Source: Candidatus Altimarinota bacterium
GTDB lineage: Bacteria > Patescibacteriota > Gracilibacteria > 1-14-2-50-48-13
Assembly (NCBI GenBank): GCA_046314355.1
Contig: JBKBWQ010000001.1
Coordinates: 1,472,001-1,536,000 of the forward strand
Direction: 5' to 3'
Length of the DNA: 64,000 nt
Positions 26,378 to 36,038 of the stretch are shown piece by piece; position 1 is the stretch's first letter; the number at the start of each line of letters is the position of its first letter. Made by a program: the position numbers and the translations under genes. Below the pieces are notes generated by a model that made no database searches, was not told the origin of the DNA, and worked only from the letters and a program-made list of their open reading frames with translations.

Positions 26378-29300
26378 ATGCAAACAAAACTTGCAGGCTT
26401 TACTGGTCTGCGCCAATTTATGAGGAAAGGACTAGCTGTATTCACACTTGCGGCTGTACTTACAACAAACCTTGCGATTCTTCCACAGACGGAAGCGAGA
26501 TTTTTACAGACCACTGTTGCTCCAGGAGAGTTTAAAACAGCGAGAGCAGGATTTAGTGCTACGCTAATTACCTCCGGTAACTTTAAGGGACAAATCCTAG
26601 TGGCTGGAGGTTTTGACGGAGCAAATTATCTTGATACAGCTGAGAGATTCAATCCTTCCACTGGTCAGTTTACAGCACTCAATGCGACAACTGGAAAGAT
26701 GAATGAGAAGAGAATGAACCATGCGGCGGTCTCACTTACAGACGGACGTATTCTTTTAGTGGGGGGACGCAAGTCAGCAGCTGAGCTCGCAAATACAATG
26801 GAGATCTATAATCCTGCAACGGATAGATTTGTCACGGTAAACGGTAGTCAGGCGCTTCCAAATATGATCTCTGCAAGAGAGTTTCATACAGTAAATATTT
26901 TCCCTGATCCAGCGAATCCTACTACTTCCAGCATAGTACTTATTGCAGGAGGTAATACAGGAAGTGCATATACAAATACTGCGGAAATATTCTCAACAGG
27001 AGACAATACTATTGCAAGTACCTCTGGAAATATGCTTACAGCACGAGGAAAACAGGCTGCATATTTCTTTCCAAATACAGGTACAGCATCTAAAGGAACT
27101 GTCCTGATGGTCGGTGGTACGGGAGACAGAGTAAACGGCAATCCTGTAGCAAAAGGTGCAAATGAATACTATGATGTAAATTCAAAGACCTTTGTTACGG
27201 CAGGTGTTACGATGACGGATGCGCGAGTAGGTTTTGCTCATGCAGACTTTAGTTCTACAGCTACTCCAAATATAATGGTAGCCGGCGGTAAGACATCTGC
27301 AACTGGTGTAAGTGCAAGTGCAGATACAATTACACATAATGGTACAAATTTTGTACTGACTGCGAGAGGATCTATGAGTACAGCACGTGTAGGTGCTTTT
27401 GGAGTAAGCGGATTTCAGGATTCTAACACCACAAATAAAAAAGTATATATTATCGGAGGACAGGATGTGAGCGGACAGGATCTTTTTGATTTTGAAACCT
27501 ATGACGCCTCATCTGTAAGCTTTAATGCTCCTACTCCAAATACGCTTGTAGTTGCGAGAAGCAATGCAAAAGCTATTACTCTTCCTCTTACTACTGCAAA
27601 CGGTGGTGTAGGAAACAATTCTCAGATCCTCATGATTGGTGGAGAGAATTCAGGAAATACTATTTTGAGATCTGCAGAGTTCCTGGATACGCAGGGAGTA
27701 CAGCTCACTCCATCTGACATGCTCACTGCACGAAATTATTTTGAAGCACATGAGATTACAGATAGTCAGGCAGCTGGACAGCACTATTCAAATTATGGAA
27801 AAATTCTTATCTTCGGTGGACGAACTGCTTTGGGAAATGAAGCAAATTTTGGACCTGCGACACAGAAGGTGGAGCTCTTTGATCCGCTTACGAGTAAATA
27901 CACAGATCTCTGTACAGCTGGTAGAAATGCTTCTACGCAGAGATGTAATAACGCAAGTCAGGAACTTCGAAAGGCAAGATTTGATTTTAAAAGTATCAAA
28001 GCAAATGACGGAAAAATCTATATCTTTGGCGGAACTGACAATGGGGCTGATGTGAATACAATTGAAATATTTGATCCTCAGTCTTCTACGTTCTCTGAGA
28101 TCACGCCAGCCTTCAACCTCAATCGATCACAATTTGATGCAGTATTTATCTCCTCAACTCAGATTTTGATTACAGGTGGACTCATGAAGCCTGACTGGGT
28201 TAGATACGGAGGATATAACTCAGGAAACTACTACGCAGAGAGCTATCAGGGCATCACATCAGCATTTATATTTGATACAAGTACAAATACACTTTCAGAT
28301 AAATGGAATGGTGTGAATCCTATTGGTGCCCATACAAAGCGGTTTGGACATAAGAGTCTTTTCATAGATGGAAAGGTATATCTTGTAGGTGGATCAGATA
28401 AGATTGATATGTATGATCCTTCTACTGGACAGTTTACAGAATATGCAACTGAGGCAAACTTTAATATGGTGTACTCCTCTATCATTCCTTATGTGGAGAA
28501 TGGAGTGAATAAATTCTACTTTATTGGAGGATCTTCTCATACAGATACTTCTGGATGGACTAACATTGCAAACTACTCTCCAAACGGAATTTCTGCGAAA
28601 GTATACAGCTACAACATTATGGCAAAATCAGTGAATGCTCTTACTGACTTAAGTGAAGGCATTACTCATGCAAATCCCGTACAGATGGCAAATGGAAAGT
28701 ATTATTTATATGGACCATATCAGTATAACTCTCGAGGTACTTGGACACAGGATATCTTTACTGCTTATCCAAAACCAGTGATGGCACCGCCAACACTACA
28801 AGCTGGTAGCAATGGTCTCGTGGCCTTTGCCTTTGATACAGAAATGGGAAGCGCAGATGTCATTTCCTCTAAGACAAAAATACCTCGTTCAGGATCTTTC
28901 TCTGTAGCTATCTCTTCAGCACTATCAAGTGTAACCCAGAATAGAGTACTCACACTCGGTGGTAGTACTGGAGGAGCAGCGGACACAGCTCTCGCATCAG
29001 CAGAACTCTATGATCCTGAAAATATTATTCCGAAAACTCCTATTGATGACTCTGGATTCTTTATACCACAGGCAAATCAAGAATTTGTAAGTCATCAGCC
29101 TGTGCTGAAATTTGGAACTACAGATGTGGAAAGTAACGAGCTTAAGTATCAGGTACAGATCGTAGATAGATCTGTAGGATTCCCATTTGATGATTTTGAA
29201 CCTACCAATGAAGCTTCTCTTACATGGAACTTTATCCAGGTAAATGATCTTCTTGGCTTTAAAAATCCTGATGGCCTCGATGGTAAATATTATAGAAGTG

Positions 29301-32300
29301 GGACTCTTGCTGAGCTTGATCTCGCAACTACGCCGTACTCTCTTCCAAATGGAGAATATAGTATGAGACTTCGGGCGATTGATCCGGTGGGCAGCCATAC
29401 TTATTCAGAATGGGGACCATCTGACCTTGGAGGTATCGTAAACTTTACGATCAATGCGGAACAGGATGAGCCTACAACTACTATTACAAATCCTCTTAAT
29501 CAGACCTATAGCTCCACATCAACAATTCTTCCATTTACTGGAGGAGCAGATGATACAGGGGCAAATGCTTCAGGAGTAAAGAAAGTACTAGTAAGTCTTA
29601 AGGATACAACTACAAATATGTGGTGGAATGATGCAAACGGCTTTATCACAAATCAGGAAACATATTTCGATGCTACAGGTACTACCACATGGACATATCC
29701 AAGAACAGGAAGTATCACTCTTGCAGATGGTCACTCATATCTTTTGAATGTATATGCTACAGATAATGCAGGTAATAAAGATGCTACTCCTGCAAGTACT
29801 GCATTTACATATGATTCCACTTTTGTACCAACAACGGTGACTATTACAGCCCCTACTTCAGGAGAAAATGTAGGAGTAGGAGATACAAAGACTATCAGCT
29901 GGAATATATCAGGAGGTACAGCACCGACTTCTTATGAGGTTTCTTATTCAAATGATGACTTTGCAACTTCTACTGTTATCGAGCCAAACTTAAGCGGTGC
30001 TGCTACAAGTTATGACTGGGTAGTCCCAAATGACCCTAGCAGTACTACAAAGGTACGTGTAATTGCAAAAGGATCAACAGGGCAGATACTCGGAACTGGT
30101 ACATCTAGTGCTGCGTTTACGGTATCTGCGGCGGCGGGAGATACAGTGGCACCGACGGTCACTCTTCTTTCACCTTCAAATGGATCCTCTATTCAGTCAC
30201 TTTCTTCGGTGACTGGTACGTATTCAGATGCAGGTACCATTGCGAGTGTAGAAGTATCTTTGAGAGATGTCACAAATAATAAATATTATGATGGTACAAA
30301 CTTTACGGCAACTGCCGAGAGTAAAAGACCTGTGATATTCACAAGTTCTCCATGGACCTTTGATACATCTACTATTACGTTTACCCCGAATACTACCTAT
30401 GAAGTAAAAGCATATGTTACTGACGCTGCTGGAAACGTGGGTGTAGTCACTGCACAGTTTTCATACCAGATGACATCAGGTACTAATGCAAATACGAATA
30501 CAGGCAACACGAATACAAATACTGCAAATGCTAATACAAACAGCACTGCAGGAAATACAAATACAAATTCAGGCGGAGCTAATACAAATACGAATACTTC
30601 CTCTGGAAATGTGAATACGAATACTGCTGCTGTAAATACGAATACAAATTCTACAGGAAATACTACAATCATTATCTCAAATCCATCCGGAGGTGGTGGC
30701 GGAGGATTTGTATACCCTATCTATCCAACTACACCATCAACTGTAGGCGGAGGACAGACTGATCAGAATACAAGCAATACTACAACTACAGCTGACAATA
30801 CTGCTCCAAGCGCAATCATTAAATATCCTGCAGCTGGAAGTACTCAGAACTCTGTATCGTCTATACAGGGAGTAGCAACTGATAATGAGAAGGGATCAGG
30901 TATGAGCTATGTACTCGTAAGTCTTTATGATCAGACTACAAAGAAGTACTTTGATGGTGCGAGCTTCGCAGGTACTGATAAAACAGAATTCCGGGCAGAA
31001 GGAACAGGCGTATGGAGTTTGGAACTTCCAAATATTCTTACAAAAGGACATTCCTACACAGTATCAGCTAGAGCAGTTGATACAGCTGGAAATAGTCAGA
31101 CTGAAGCGGCACAGGTAAGCTTCAAGCTTGCAAGTGCGACTACAACAGCGGAGGCAGCACCAGTTTCTCAGCCGCAGACAACATCAACTGTACCTACTTC
31201 TGCTCCAGTGGATAACTCAGCCCAGATGGCTGATGTCTTAAAGGCTATTGAAAAGATTGCTTCAAAGCCCCAGCCTCCTGTAAATGTACAGGTTTCCACT
31301 CCGAGAACTTCTACACCAGTGCAGACTTCTCAGCCTGTACAGCAGAATTCTCCTAAGGCTCCTGTAACTGATAACTCAACGCACGCGTCTGCGCCAGTCG
31401 CTACTGGAGCAGCAGATACAAATACCAATACAAATTCACCAGAATCGCTCACAGGATCCCAAGTAACTTCTGCTAACTATGATCAGTTCTACGATGATTA
31501 TATTGCGAAACATCCTGATACATATGTACCTCAGGCGCCGTATAACACTCCGGGAATGAGAGATACAGATAGTGATGGTCTTTCAGATCAACTGGAATTG
31601 AAGATAGGTACTGATCCTTTCAAGCGTGATACAGACTCTGATAACTTCTCTGATGGAGAAGAGTATCTTGAATTTGGTACAAATCCGCTTGATCCAAATA
31701 GTAAACCCGGTCTCAATGGAATCCGGATTACAAATCTCAACAACGGAACAACAACTCCAGATGCAACTCCTATGATTACAGGATTTGCGAAACCTGGATC
31801 GACAGTAGTACTCTATGATTTAAAACCTGATGGAAGTAGAGAGGAGATCGGAACTACAAAGGCAGATGAGCGAGGACGATTTATTATTACTCCTACCAAG
31901 GAACTTGCTGCAGGAGAACATGCTCTTGCGTCAGTGATCCGGGGAACAGATGGAAAAGATGAAGATCTTTCTGCTGTGAAGAGTGTAAAGATTGACCCAA
32001 CATTGACGGTACCAGTGCCTGAAGTGAGAGATATCAAGACTCCAGGTAAAAAACCTCAGGTGTATGGTACAACTCAGTATGGTACAACCGTAGTCGCTCA
32101 TTTCCAAAGTTTAGTCACATCATCTACTATTGTAGCGGATACAACGACAGGAGACTTTATTGTAGGTTCTGCAACACAGCTTGAAGAGGGACCGCATAAG
32201 GTGACTCTCTACGCTATTCTTCCAAATGGACTGAGAAGTGCAGAAGTAACCGTACCATTTGATATCAAGGCTGTGGATACTCTCAACTCTTCTCCACTTA

Positions 32301-32842
32301 AAGCGGATCTTATGGATGGAGAGGGAAATATCGGTTGGCTTTTCCTAGGATTACTACCTTTACTGCTTCTCGCGTTATTACTCTATACACTTCTCAAAAA
32401 GAGAGATACAGTACTCTTTTCAATTACGAAGAAGGATCTCTCAAGAATAGAGACAAGCAAAGTGGGTGAAGCATATTTCTATACTTCAAAGCTTCCTGTG
32501 AAAAGGAAGGACCTAGATCTTGCATATACTGCATTTTATCTTAATAAACAGGAAGATACTCATACTATCCTTAGTACATTCAAAAATTCAAAGGAAGGAA
32601 CTATTGTACTCTTTGGTAAGATTCTTGATATGACATATCTTGATACTCATGCAGATAATGCTGAAGTTACAAAGGATATGCTGGATCTGAAGCATTTGGA
32701 TAAATACAATATACGTTTCTGTTTTGAACAGATAAGTATGGATGCGAAGGCTTTCCCAGAGTTTTATGAAAAGAAATATGTAGATAGTAGAAAATTTGTG
32801 AGTGATGTGGCATTAATCGAAGGTGCTGAACAAACTCTGTAA
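26378..32842 (+). CDS. Giant surface protein: Kelch repeats, Ig-like domains, Asn/Thr and Pro/Thr linkers, Ca-binding repeats, TM anchor, cytoplasmic tail
   Basis: Repeated ILVAGG..AERFNP Kelch motifs; three VxVSLxD..D(N/A/T)AGN Ig-like units; DTDSDGLSD and DTDSDNFSDGEE; TM GWLFLGLLPLLLLALLLYTLLKKR. Confidence 0.85.
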   Translation: MQTKLAGFTGLRQFMRKGLAVFTLAAVLTTNLAILPQTEARFLQTTVAPGEFKTARAGFSATLITSGNFKGQILVAGGFDGANYLDTAERFNPSTGQFTALNATTGKMNEKRMNHAAVSLTDGRILLVGGRKSAAELANTMEIYNPATDRFVTVNGSQALPNMISAREFHTVNIFPDPANPTTSSIVLIAGGNTGSAYTNTAEIFSTGDNTIASTSGNMLTARGKQAAYFFPNTGTASKGTVLMVGGTGDRVNGNPVAKGANEYYDVNSKTFVTAGVTMTDARVGFAHADFSSTATPNIMVAGGKTSATGVSASADTITHNGTNFVLTARGSMSTARVGAFGVSGFQDSNTTNKKVYIIGGQDVSGQDLFDFETYDASSVSFNAPTPNTLVVARSNAKAITLPLTTANGGVGNNSQILMIGGENSGNTILRSAEFLDTQGVQLTPSDMLTARNYFEAHEITDSQAAGQHYSNYGKILIFGGRTALGNEANFGPATQKVELFDPLTSKYTDLCTAGRNASTQRCNNASQELRKARFDFKSIKANDGKIYIFGGTDNGADVNTIEIFDPQSSTFSEITPAFNLNRSQFDAVFISSTQILITGGLMKPDWVRYGGYNSGNYYAESYQGITSAFIFDTSTNTLSDKWNGVNPIGAHTKRFGHKSLFIDGKVYLVGGSDKIDMYDPSTGQFTEYATEANFNMVYSSIIPYVENGVNKFYFIGGSSHTDTSGWTNIANYSPNGISAKVYSYNIMAKSVNALTDLSEGITHANPVQMANGKYYLYGPYQYNSRGTWTQDIFTAYPKPVMAPPTLQAGSNGLVAFAFDTEMGSADVISSKTKIPRSGSFSVAISSALSSVTQNRVLTLGGSTGGAADTALASAELYDPENIIPKTPIDDSGFFIPQANQEFVSHQPVLKFGTTDVESNELKYQVQIVDRSVGFPFDDFEPTNEASLTWNFIQVNDLLGFKNPDGLDGKYYRSGTLAELDLATTPYSLPNGEYSMRLRAIDPVGSHTYSEWGPSDLGGIVNFTINAEQDEPTTTITNPLNQTYSSTSTILPFTGGADDTGANASGVKKVLVSLKDTTTNMWWNDANGFITNQETYFDATGTTTWTYPRTGSITLADGHSYLLNVYATDNAGNKDATPASTAFTYDSTFVPTTVTITAPTSGENVGVGDTKTISWNISGGTAPTSYEVSYSNDDFATSTVIEPNLSGAATSYDWVVPNDPSSTTKVRVIAKGSTGQILGTGTSSAAFTVSAAAGDTVAPTVTLLSPSNGSSIQSLSSVTGTYSDAGTIASVEVSLRDVTNNKYYDGTNFTATAESKRPVIFTSSPWTFDTSTITFTPNTTYEVKAYVTDAAGNVGVVTAQFSYQMTSGTNANTNTGNTNTNTANANTNSTAGNTNTNSGGANTNTNTSSGNVNTNTAAVNTNTNSTGNTTIIISNPSGGGGGGFVYPIYPTTPSTVGGGQTDQNTSNTTTTADNTAPSAIIKYPAAGSTQNSVSSIQGVATDNEKGSGMSYVLVSLYDQTTKKYFDGASFAGTDKTEFRAEGTGVWSLELPNILTKGHSYTVSARAVDTAGNSQTEAAQVSFKLASATTTAEAAPVSQPQTTSTVPTSAPVDNSAQMADVLKAIEKIASKPQPPVNVQVSTPRTSTPVQTSQPVQQNSPKAPVTDNSTHASAPVATGAADTNTNTNSPESLTGSQVTSANYDQFYDDYIAKHPDTYVPQAPYNTPGMRDTDSDGLSDQLELKIGTDPFKRDTDSDNFSDGEEYLEFGTNPLDPNSKPGLNGIRITNLNNGTTTPDATPMITGFAKPGSTVVLYDLKPDGSREEIGTTKADERGRFIITPTKELAAGEHALASVIRGTDGKDEDLSAVKSVKIDPTLTVPVPEVRDIKTPGKKPQVYGTTQYGTTVVAHFQSLVTSSTIVADTTTGDFIVGSATQLEEGPHKVTLYAILPNGLRSAEVTVPFDIKAVDTLNSSPLKADLMDGEGNIGWLFLGLLPLLLLALLLYTLLKKRDTVLFSITKKDLSRIETSKVGEAYFYTSKLPVKRKDLDLAYTAFYLNKQEDTHTILSTFKNSKEGTIVLFGKILDMTYLDTHADNAEVTKDMLDLKHLDKYNIRFCFEQISMDAKAFPEFYEKKYVDSRKFVSDVALIEGAEQTL

Positions 32843-32853
32843 ACCGCTATTAG

Positions 32854-32887
32854 AAAAAGACGCCGTAATCATTACGGCGTCTTTTTT
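32854..32887. terminator. Bidirectional intrinsic terminator
   Basis: AAAAAGACGCCGTAAT-C-ATTACGGCGTCTTTTTT. Confidence 0.85.
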
Positions 32888-33035
32888 GTAGAACAGTGAA
32901 AAAGTGGTGAAATAATAATTGTTTTTCAAGAAACTTTATAGTATACTACTTCGAATAACTTGAATTTAGTTGATTATTCTAAAACAAAAATGAATCTCCA
33001 CAATGTGTTCAGAAAACAGTATGAAACAGTACTTC

Positions 33036-33410
33036 CTACTTCCTAGTCCGCTCCACTACTTCATCAGAAACCCGCCTCACTCGAATAGTCTCAAGTCCAA
33101 GCATATGCGCCTTCGTAAACCTATGCACTCCATCTACAATAATCCACTGATCTCTGAAGAAATAGATATCAATCGGATACTGCATATCAGCTTCATTTAC
33201 TCTCTTTGCATGAGGAGCTTCATTCTCAAAATTCTCCCAGAGCATACGCGGAGACATATTCCAGTCATCAGTTCCTTTAGACTCTAGGTAAGGAATGTCC
33301 AAATTGTTGTCCAGCTCTGATAGCTTTATTTCTTCTACAGGTATCTCTTCTTTCCAGAGAAGTTCTTCTTCAAGCTTGAACCCCGTATCAATTTCTTTTG
33401 GTATCGGCAT
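33036..33410 (-). CDS. Small ParB/sulfiredoxin-fold protein
   Basis: YPID..WIIVDGVHRFTKA..G.ETIRV. Confidence 0.7.
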   Translation of the reverse strand: MPIPKEIDTGFKLEEELLWKEEIPVEEIKLSELDNNLDIPYLESKGTDDWNMSPRMLWENFENEAPHAKRVNEADMQYPIDIYFFRDQWIIVDGVHRFTKAHMLGLETIRVRRVSDEVVERTRK

Positions 33411-33415
33411 AAACA

Positions 33416-34120
33416 CTAGTAAATAGATGTATATTTTTCTACTGCAATGATGTGACTGCAGATCTTATGTTTTTCAAAAAAACTGCAGTCGCATTGCCAG
33501 TCCGCAGTAAACACCAGATGACGTGTCTCATGATCTGTAGTCATTGTGATTTCAGGAAATTTACCTGAAAATCTCTCAGATTCTTGTACGTATCTTTTGG
33601 CTTTTGCTATTTTGCCTAGTAATTCCTTTGTATAGATCAGCATTTCTTCACGATTTTCTTTTGTGACTTCTATGAGAATAATGTCCCTCCGCTCCTTGAT
33701 CATAGTAATGATGGGATCTTCGAATACTTTTGAAAGAGTCATAATGGTTGTATTGGGTGCAGCGAAGTATTTCAGAACAAGATCATTTATGAAAGAGATC
33801 GAAAATAACTGCATCTGTCCAATTTCATCCAGATAGAGTAGATCGCTATTTTTAAAATGAGCTACGCAAGGAATAATGCGGTTTAATTCATCAATAGCTA
33901 CATAGTACTTAGAGACTTTAAATAACGTCTTAAAATGAGTACTAGCTAAGAGAGCTTTCTCACTTTTAGATGTTTCGATTTCAAATCCAGTTCTTTCTCC
34001 GTCTTCACGGATTTCATTGGTCGTAAAACCCGTACTGTTTGGATATTCTGAAATTATCTTTTTTATAAAAGTTGATTTTCCAGTCCCAGGCAGACCTGTG
34101 ATAATAATATTTTTTCTCAT
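33416..34120 (-). CDS. NTPase_1 (THEP1-like) P-loop NTPase with C-terminal SWIM-type zinc finger
   Basis: ITGLPGTGKST, GFTTNEIREDGERTGF, LDEIGQM; C-terminal CDC-x7-CSH. Confidence 0.85.
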   Translation of the reverse strand: MRKNIIITGLPGTGKSTFIKKIISEYPNSTGFTTNEIREDGERTGFEIETSKSEKALLASTHFKTLFKVSKYYVAIDELNRIIPCVAHFKNSDLLYLDEIGQMQLFSISFINDLVLKYFAAPNTTIMTLSKVFEDPIITMIKERRDIILIEVTKENREEMLIYTKELLGKIAKAKRYVQESERFSGKFPEITMTTDHETRHLVFTADWQCDCSFFEKHKICSHIIAVEKYTSIY

Positions 34121-34249
34121 TTACTGCTTTTTTGGATTTATTAATTTCTTTCTATATTTTTTATACAAATATTGCAATCGTAAATACTTTTAACTTACAT
34201 TCTCCCTCCATTTCCGCTATACTTCCAACGTACCCTCTAAAAATCCAAC

Positions 34250-34546
34250 ATGAATGATAATACATCATTGGGTGGATCGGATACTGATTATACACATGAA
34301 ATGCAGGTGGATCCCGCTACGGGTGAAACAATAATGTACGTGTGTCACGGAAGACAATGCGGAAGACATGCAAAATATCTTATGGATCGCCTGAAACAGG
34401 TGCAAGCAAAGGGAATCAAGGTTAGGCCTCACCCATGCGTATGTATGGGACAATGTGAAATCGGTCCCAATGTGCGCGTAAAGAAGAAAATATTCAACCG
34501 CATGAATCCCATCAAAGTATCGGATCTCGCGAAAAAACCAATGTAG
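34250..34546 (+). CDS. Thioredoxin-like [2Fe-2S] ferredoxin
   Basis: VCHGRQC..CMGQCEIGPNV. Confidence 0.8.
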   Translation: MNDNTSLGGSDTDYTHEMQVDPATGETIMYVCHGRQCGRHAKYLMDRLKQVQAKGIKVRPHPCVCMGQCEIGPNVRVKKKIFNRMNPIKVSDLAKKPM

Positions 34547-34564
34547 GGCACAGTTAAATGTGCT

Positions 34565-34599
34565 GAGACTCACTGTAGAAATACCGTGAGTCTTTTTTT
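34565..34599 (+). terminator. Intrinsic terminator
   Basis: AGACTCAC..GTGAGTCT followed by T-run. Confidence 0.65.
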
Positions 34600-34805
34600 G
34601 TTAGTAATTGAGTAAATGGTAATTACATAATTTAGACTCATAGGCTTTTTTTCAATTACTTTCTTACTCAGCTACTTAATTACTTTGCTCAACTCCCTCA
34701 ATCACTAAACAATTTTTTGTCAAATATCACCAAAGTACCATTCTATAAGCCTAGGTTTTCTTCTCAAATTAATGCAAGAGATTTTTCCACTTTTTATTCT
34801 TGATA

Positions 34806-34853
34806 TTACTACATATAGTGCCTAATCTAAAGTTGTAATACTACATATAGTAG
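34806..34853 (+). promoter_or_regulatory. Tandem NrdR boxes
   Basis: ACTACATATAGT at 34808 and 34840 (32-bp period) upstream of nrdB; partial third copy near 34868. Confidence 0.85.
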
Positions 34854-34913
34854 TTCCGCCTGAATCCACTATATGTGCATTCGTACCCTCTACTTCTCTA
34901 ATCAAGCCTTTTT

Positions 34914-35870
34914 ATGGAGCCAATCTTACAGGCAAACCCTTCTCGATTTGTACTTTTTCCAATTAAATATAGCAAGATCTGGGAACTATATAAGAAAGCG
35001 GAATCCTCCTTTTGGACTGCAGAAGAGATAGATCTATCAGACGATCTTGCGCATTGGGCAAAATTAAATGATGACGAACGCCACTTTATCTCTTATGTCC
35101 TTGCATTCTTTGCAGCATCAGACGGTATTGTAAATGAAAATTTGGCTGTGAACTTCATGAAGGAAGTACAGATCCCTGAGGCTCGATGCTTCTACGGATT
35201 CCAGGTCATGATGGAGAATATCCACTCTGAAACATATTCTCTTCTTTTACAGACATATGTAAAAGAGCCGGCAATGAGAGATCATCTCTTCAATGCAGTG
35301 GAGACTATTCCAAGTGTAAAAAAGAAGGCTGACTGGGCAATGAAATGGATACAGCAGGGAACATTTGCAGAAAGACTTGTAGCCTTCATGGCTGTAGAAG
35401 GTATCTTTTTCTCAGGATCTTTCTGTTCTATCTTCTGGCTAAAGAAGCGGGGACTTATGCCGGGACTATCTTTCTCAAATGAGCTTATTTCCAGAGATGA
35501 AGGAATGCACTGCGAAATGGCGTGTATGCTCTACGGCATGCTTGAAAATAAATTAAGTGAGACTCAGGTACACGATATTGTAAGAAACGCAGTATCCATC
35601 GAGCAGGAGTTTGTAAGTGAATCTCTTCCAGTGGGGCTCATCGGTATGAATGCATCTCTTATGAAACAATATATTGAGTTTGTAGCAGACAGATGGGTAG
35701 GACAGCTTGGATACAAAAAAATATATAACGCTACAAATCCTTTCGATTTCATGGAACTAATCTCCCTCTCAGGAAAGACAAATTTCTTTGAAAAAAGAGT
35801 AGGAGATTATCAGAAAGCTTCGATTGCGACAGGAAGTGAGACTTCCTTTGCACTGGATGCAGAGTTCTAA
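34914..35870 (+). CDS. nrdB: Class Ia ribonucleotide reductase beta subunit
   Basis: [21 protein letters not shown] (radical Tyr), [25 protein letters not shown]. Confidence 0.97.
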   Translation: MEPILQANPSRFVLFPIKYSKIWELYKKAESSFWTAEEIDLSDDLAHWAKLNDDERHFISYVLAFFAASDGIVNENLAVNFMKEVQIPEARCFYGFQVMMENIHSETYSLLLQTYVKEPAMRDHLFNAVETIPSVKKKADWAMKWIQQGTFAERLVAFMAVEGIFFSGSFCSIFWLKKRGLMPGLSFSNELISRDEGMHCEMACMLYGMLENKLSETQVHDIVRNAVSIEQEFVSESLPVGLIGMNASLMKQYIEFVADRWVGQLGYKKIYNATNPFDFMELISLSGKTNFFEKRVGDYQKASIATGSETSFALDAEF

Positions 35871-35876
35871 TGTGCC

Positions 35877-35982
35877 TGTCATGCCGGGCTAGACCCGGTA
35901 TCTTAAAACACTAATAGTACGAAAAACAATATTAATACCGATATACAAAGCTTTAAGATCCTGAATCAAGTTCAGGATGACA
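35877..35982. repeat. REP-like inverted doublet, copy 2
   Basis: TGTCATGCCGGG-N5-CCCGGTATCT ... AGATCCTGAA-N5-TTCAGGATGACA. Confidence 0.8.
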
Positions 35983-36038
35983 TATACTCCCCAAATCGCG
36001 TTCGACGCGACTTATTACCAATTACTTATTACTATCCT

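Noticed and set aside
30481-30660. Diversity-generating retroelement or DNA-level repeat array in AAT/ACA-rich tracts
   Set aside because: Explained by Asn/Thr codons; no reverse transcriptase or template/variable repeat pair in the window
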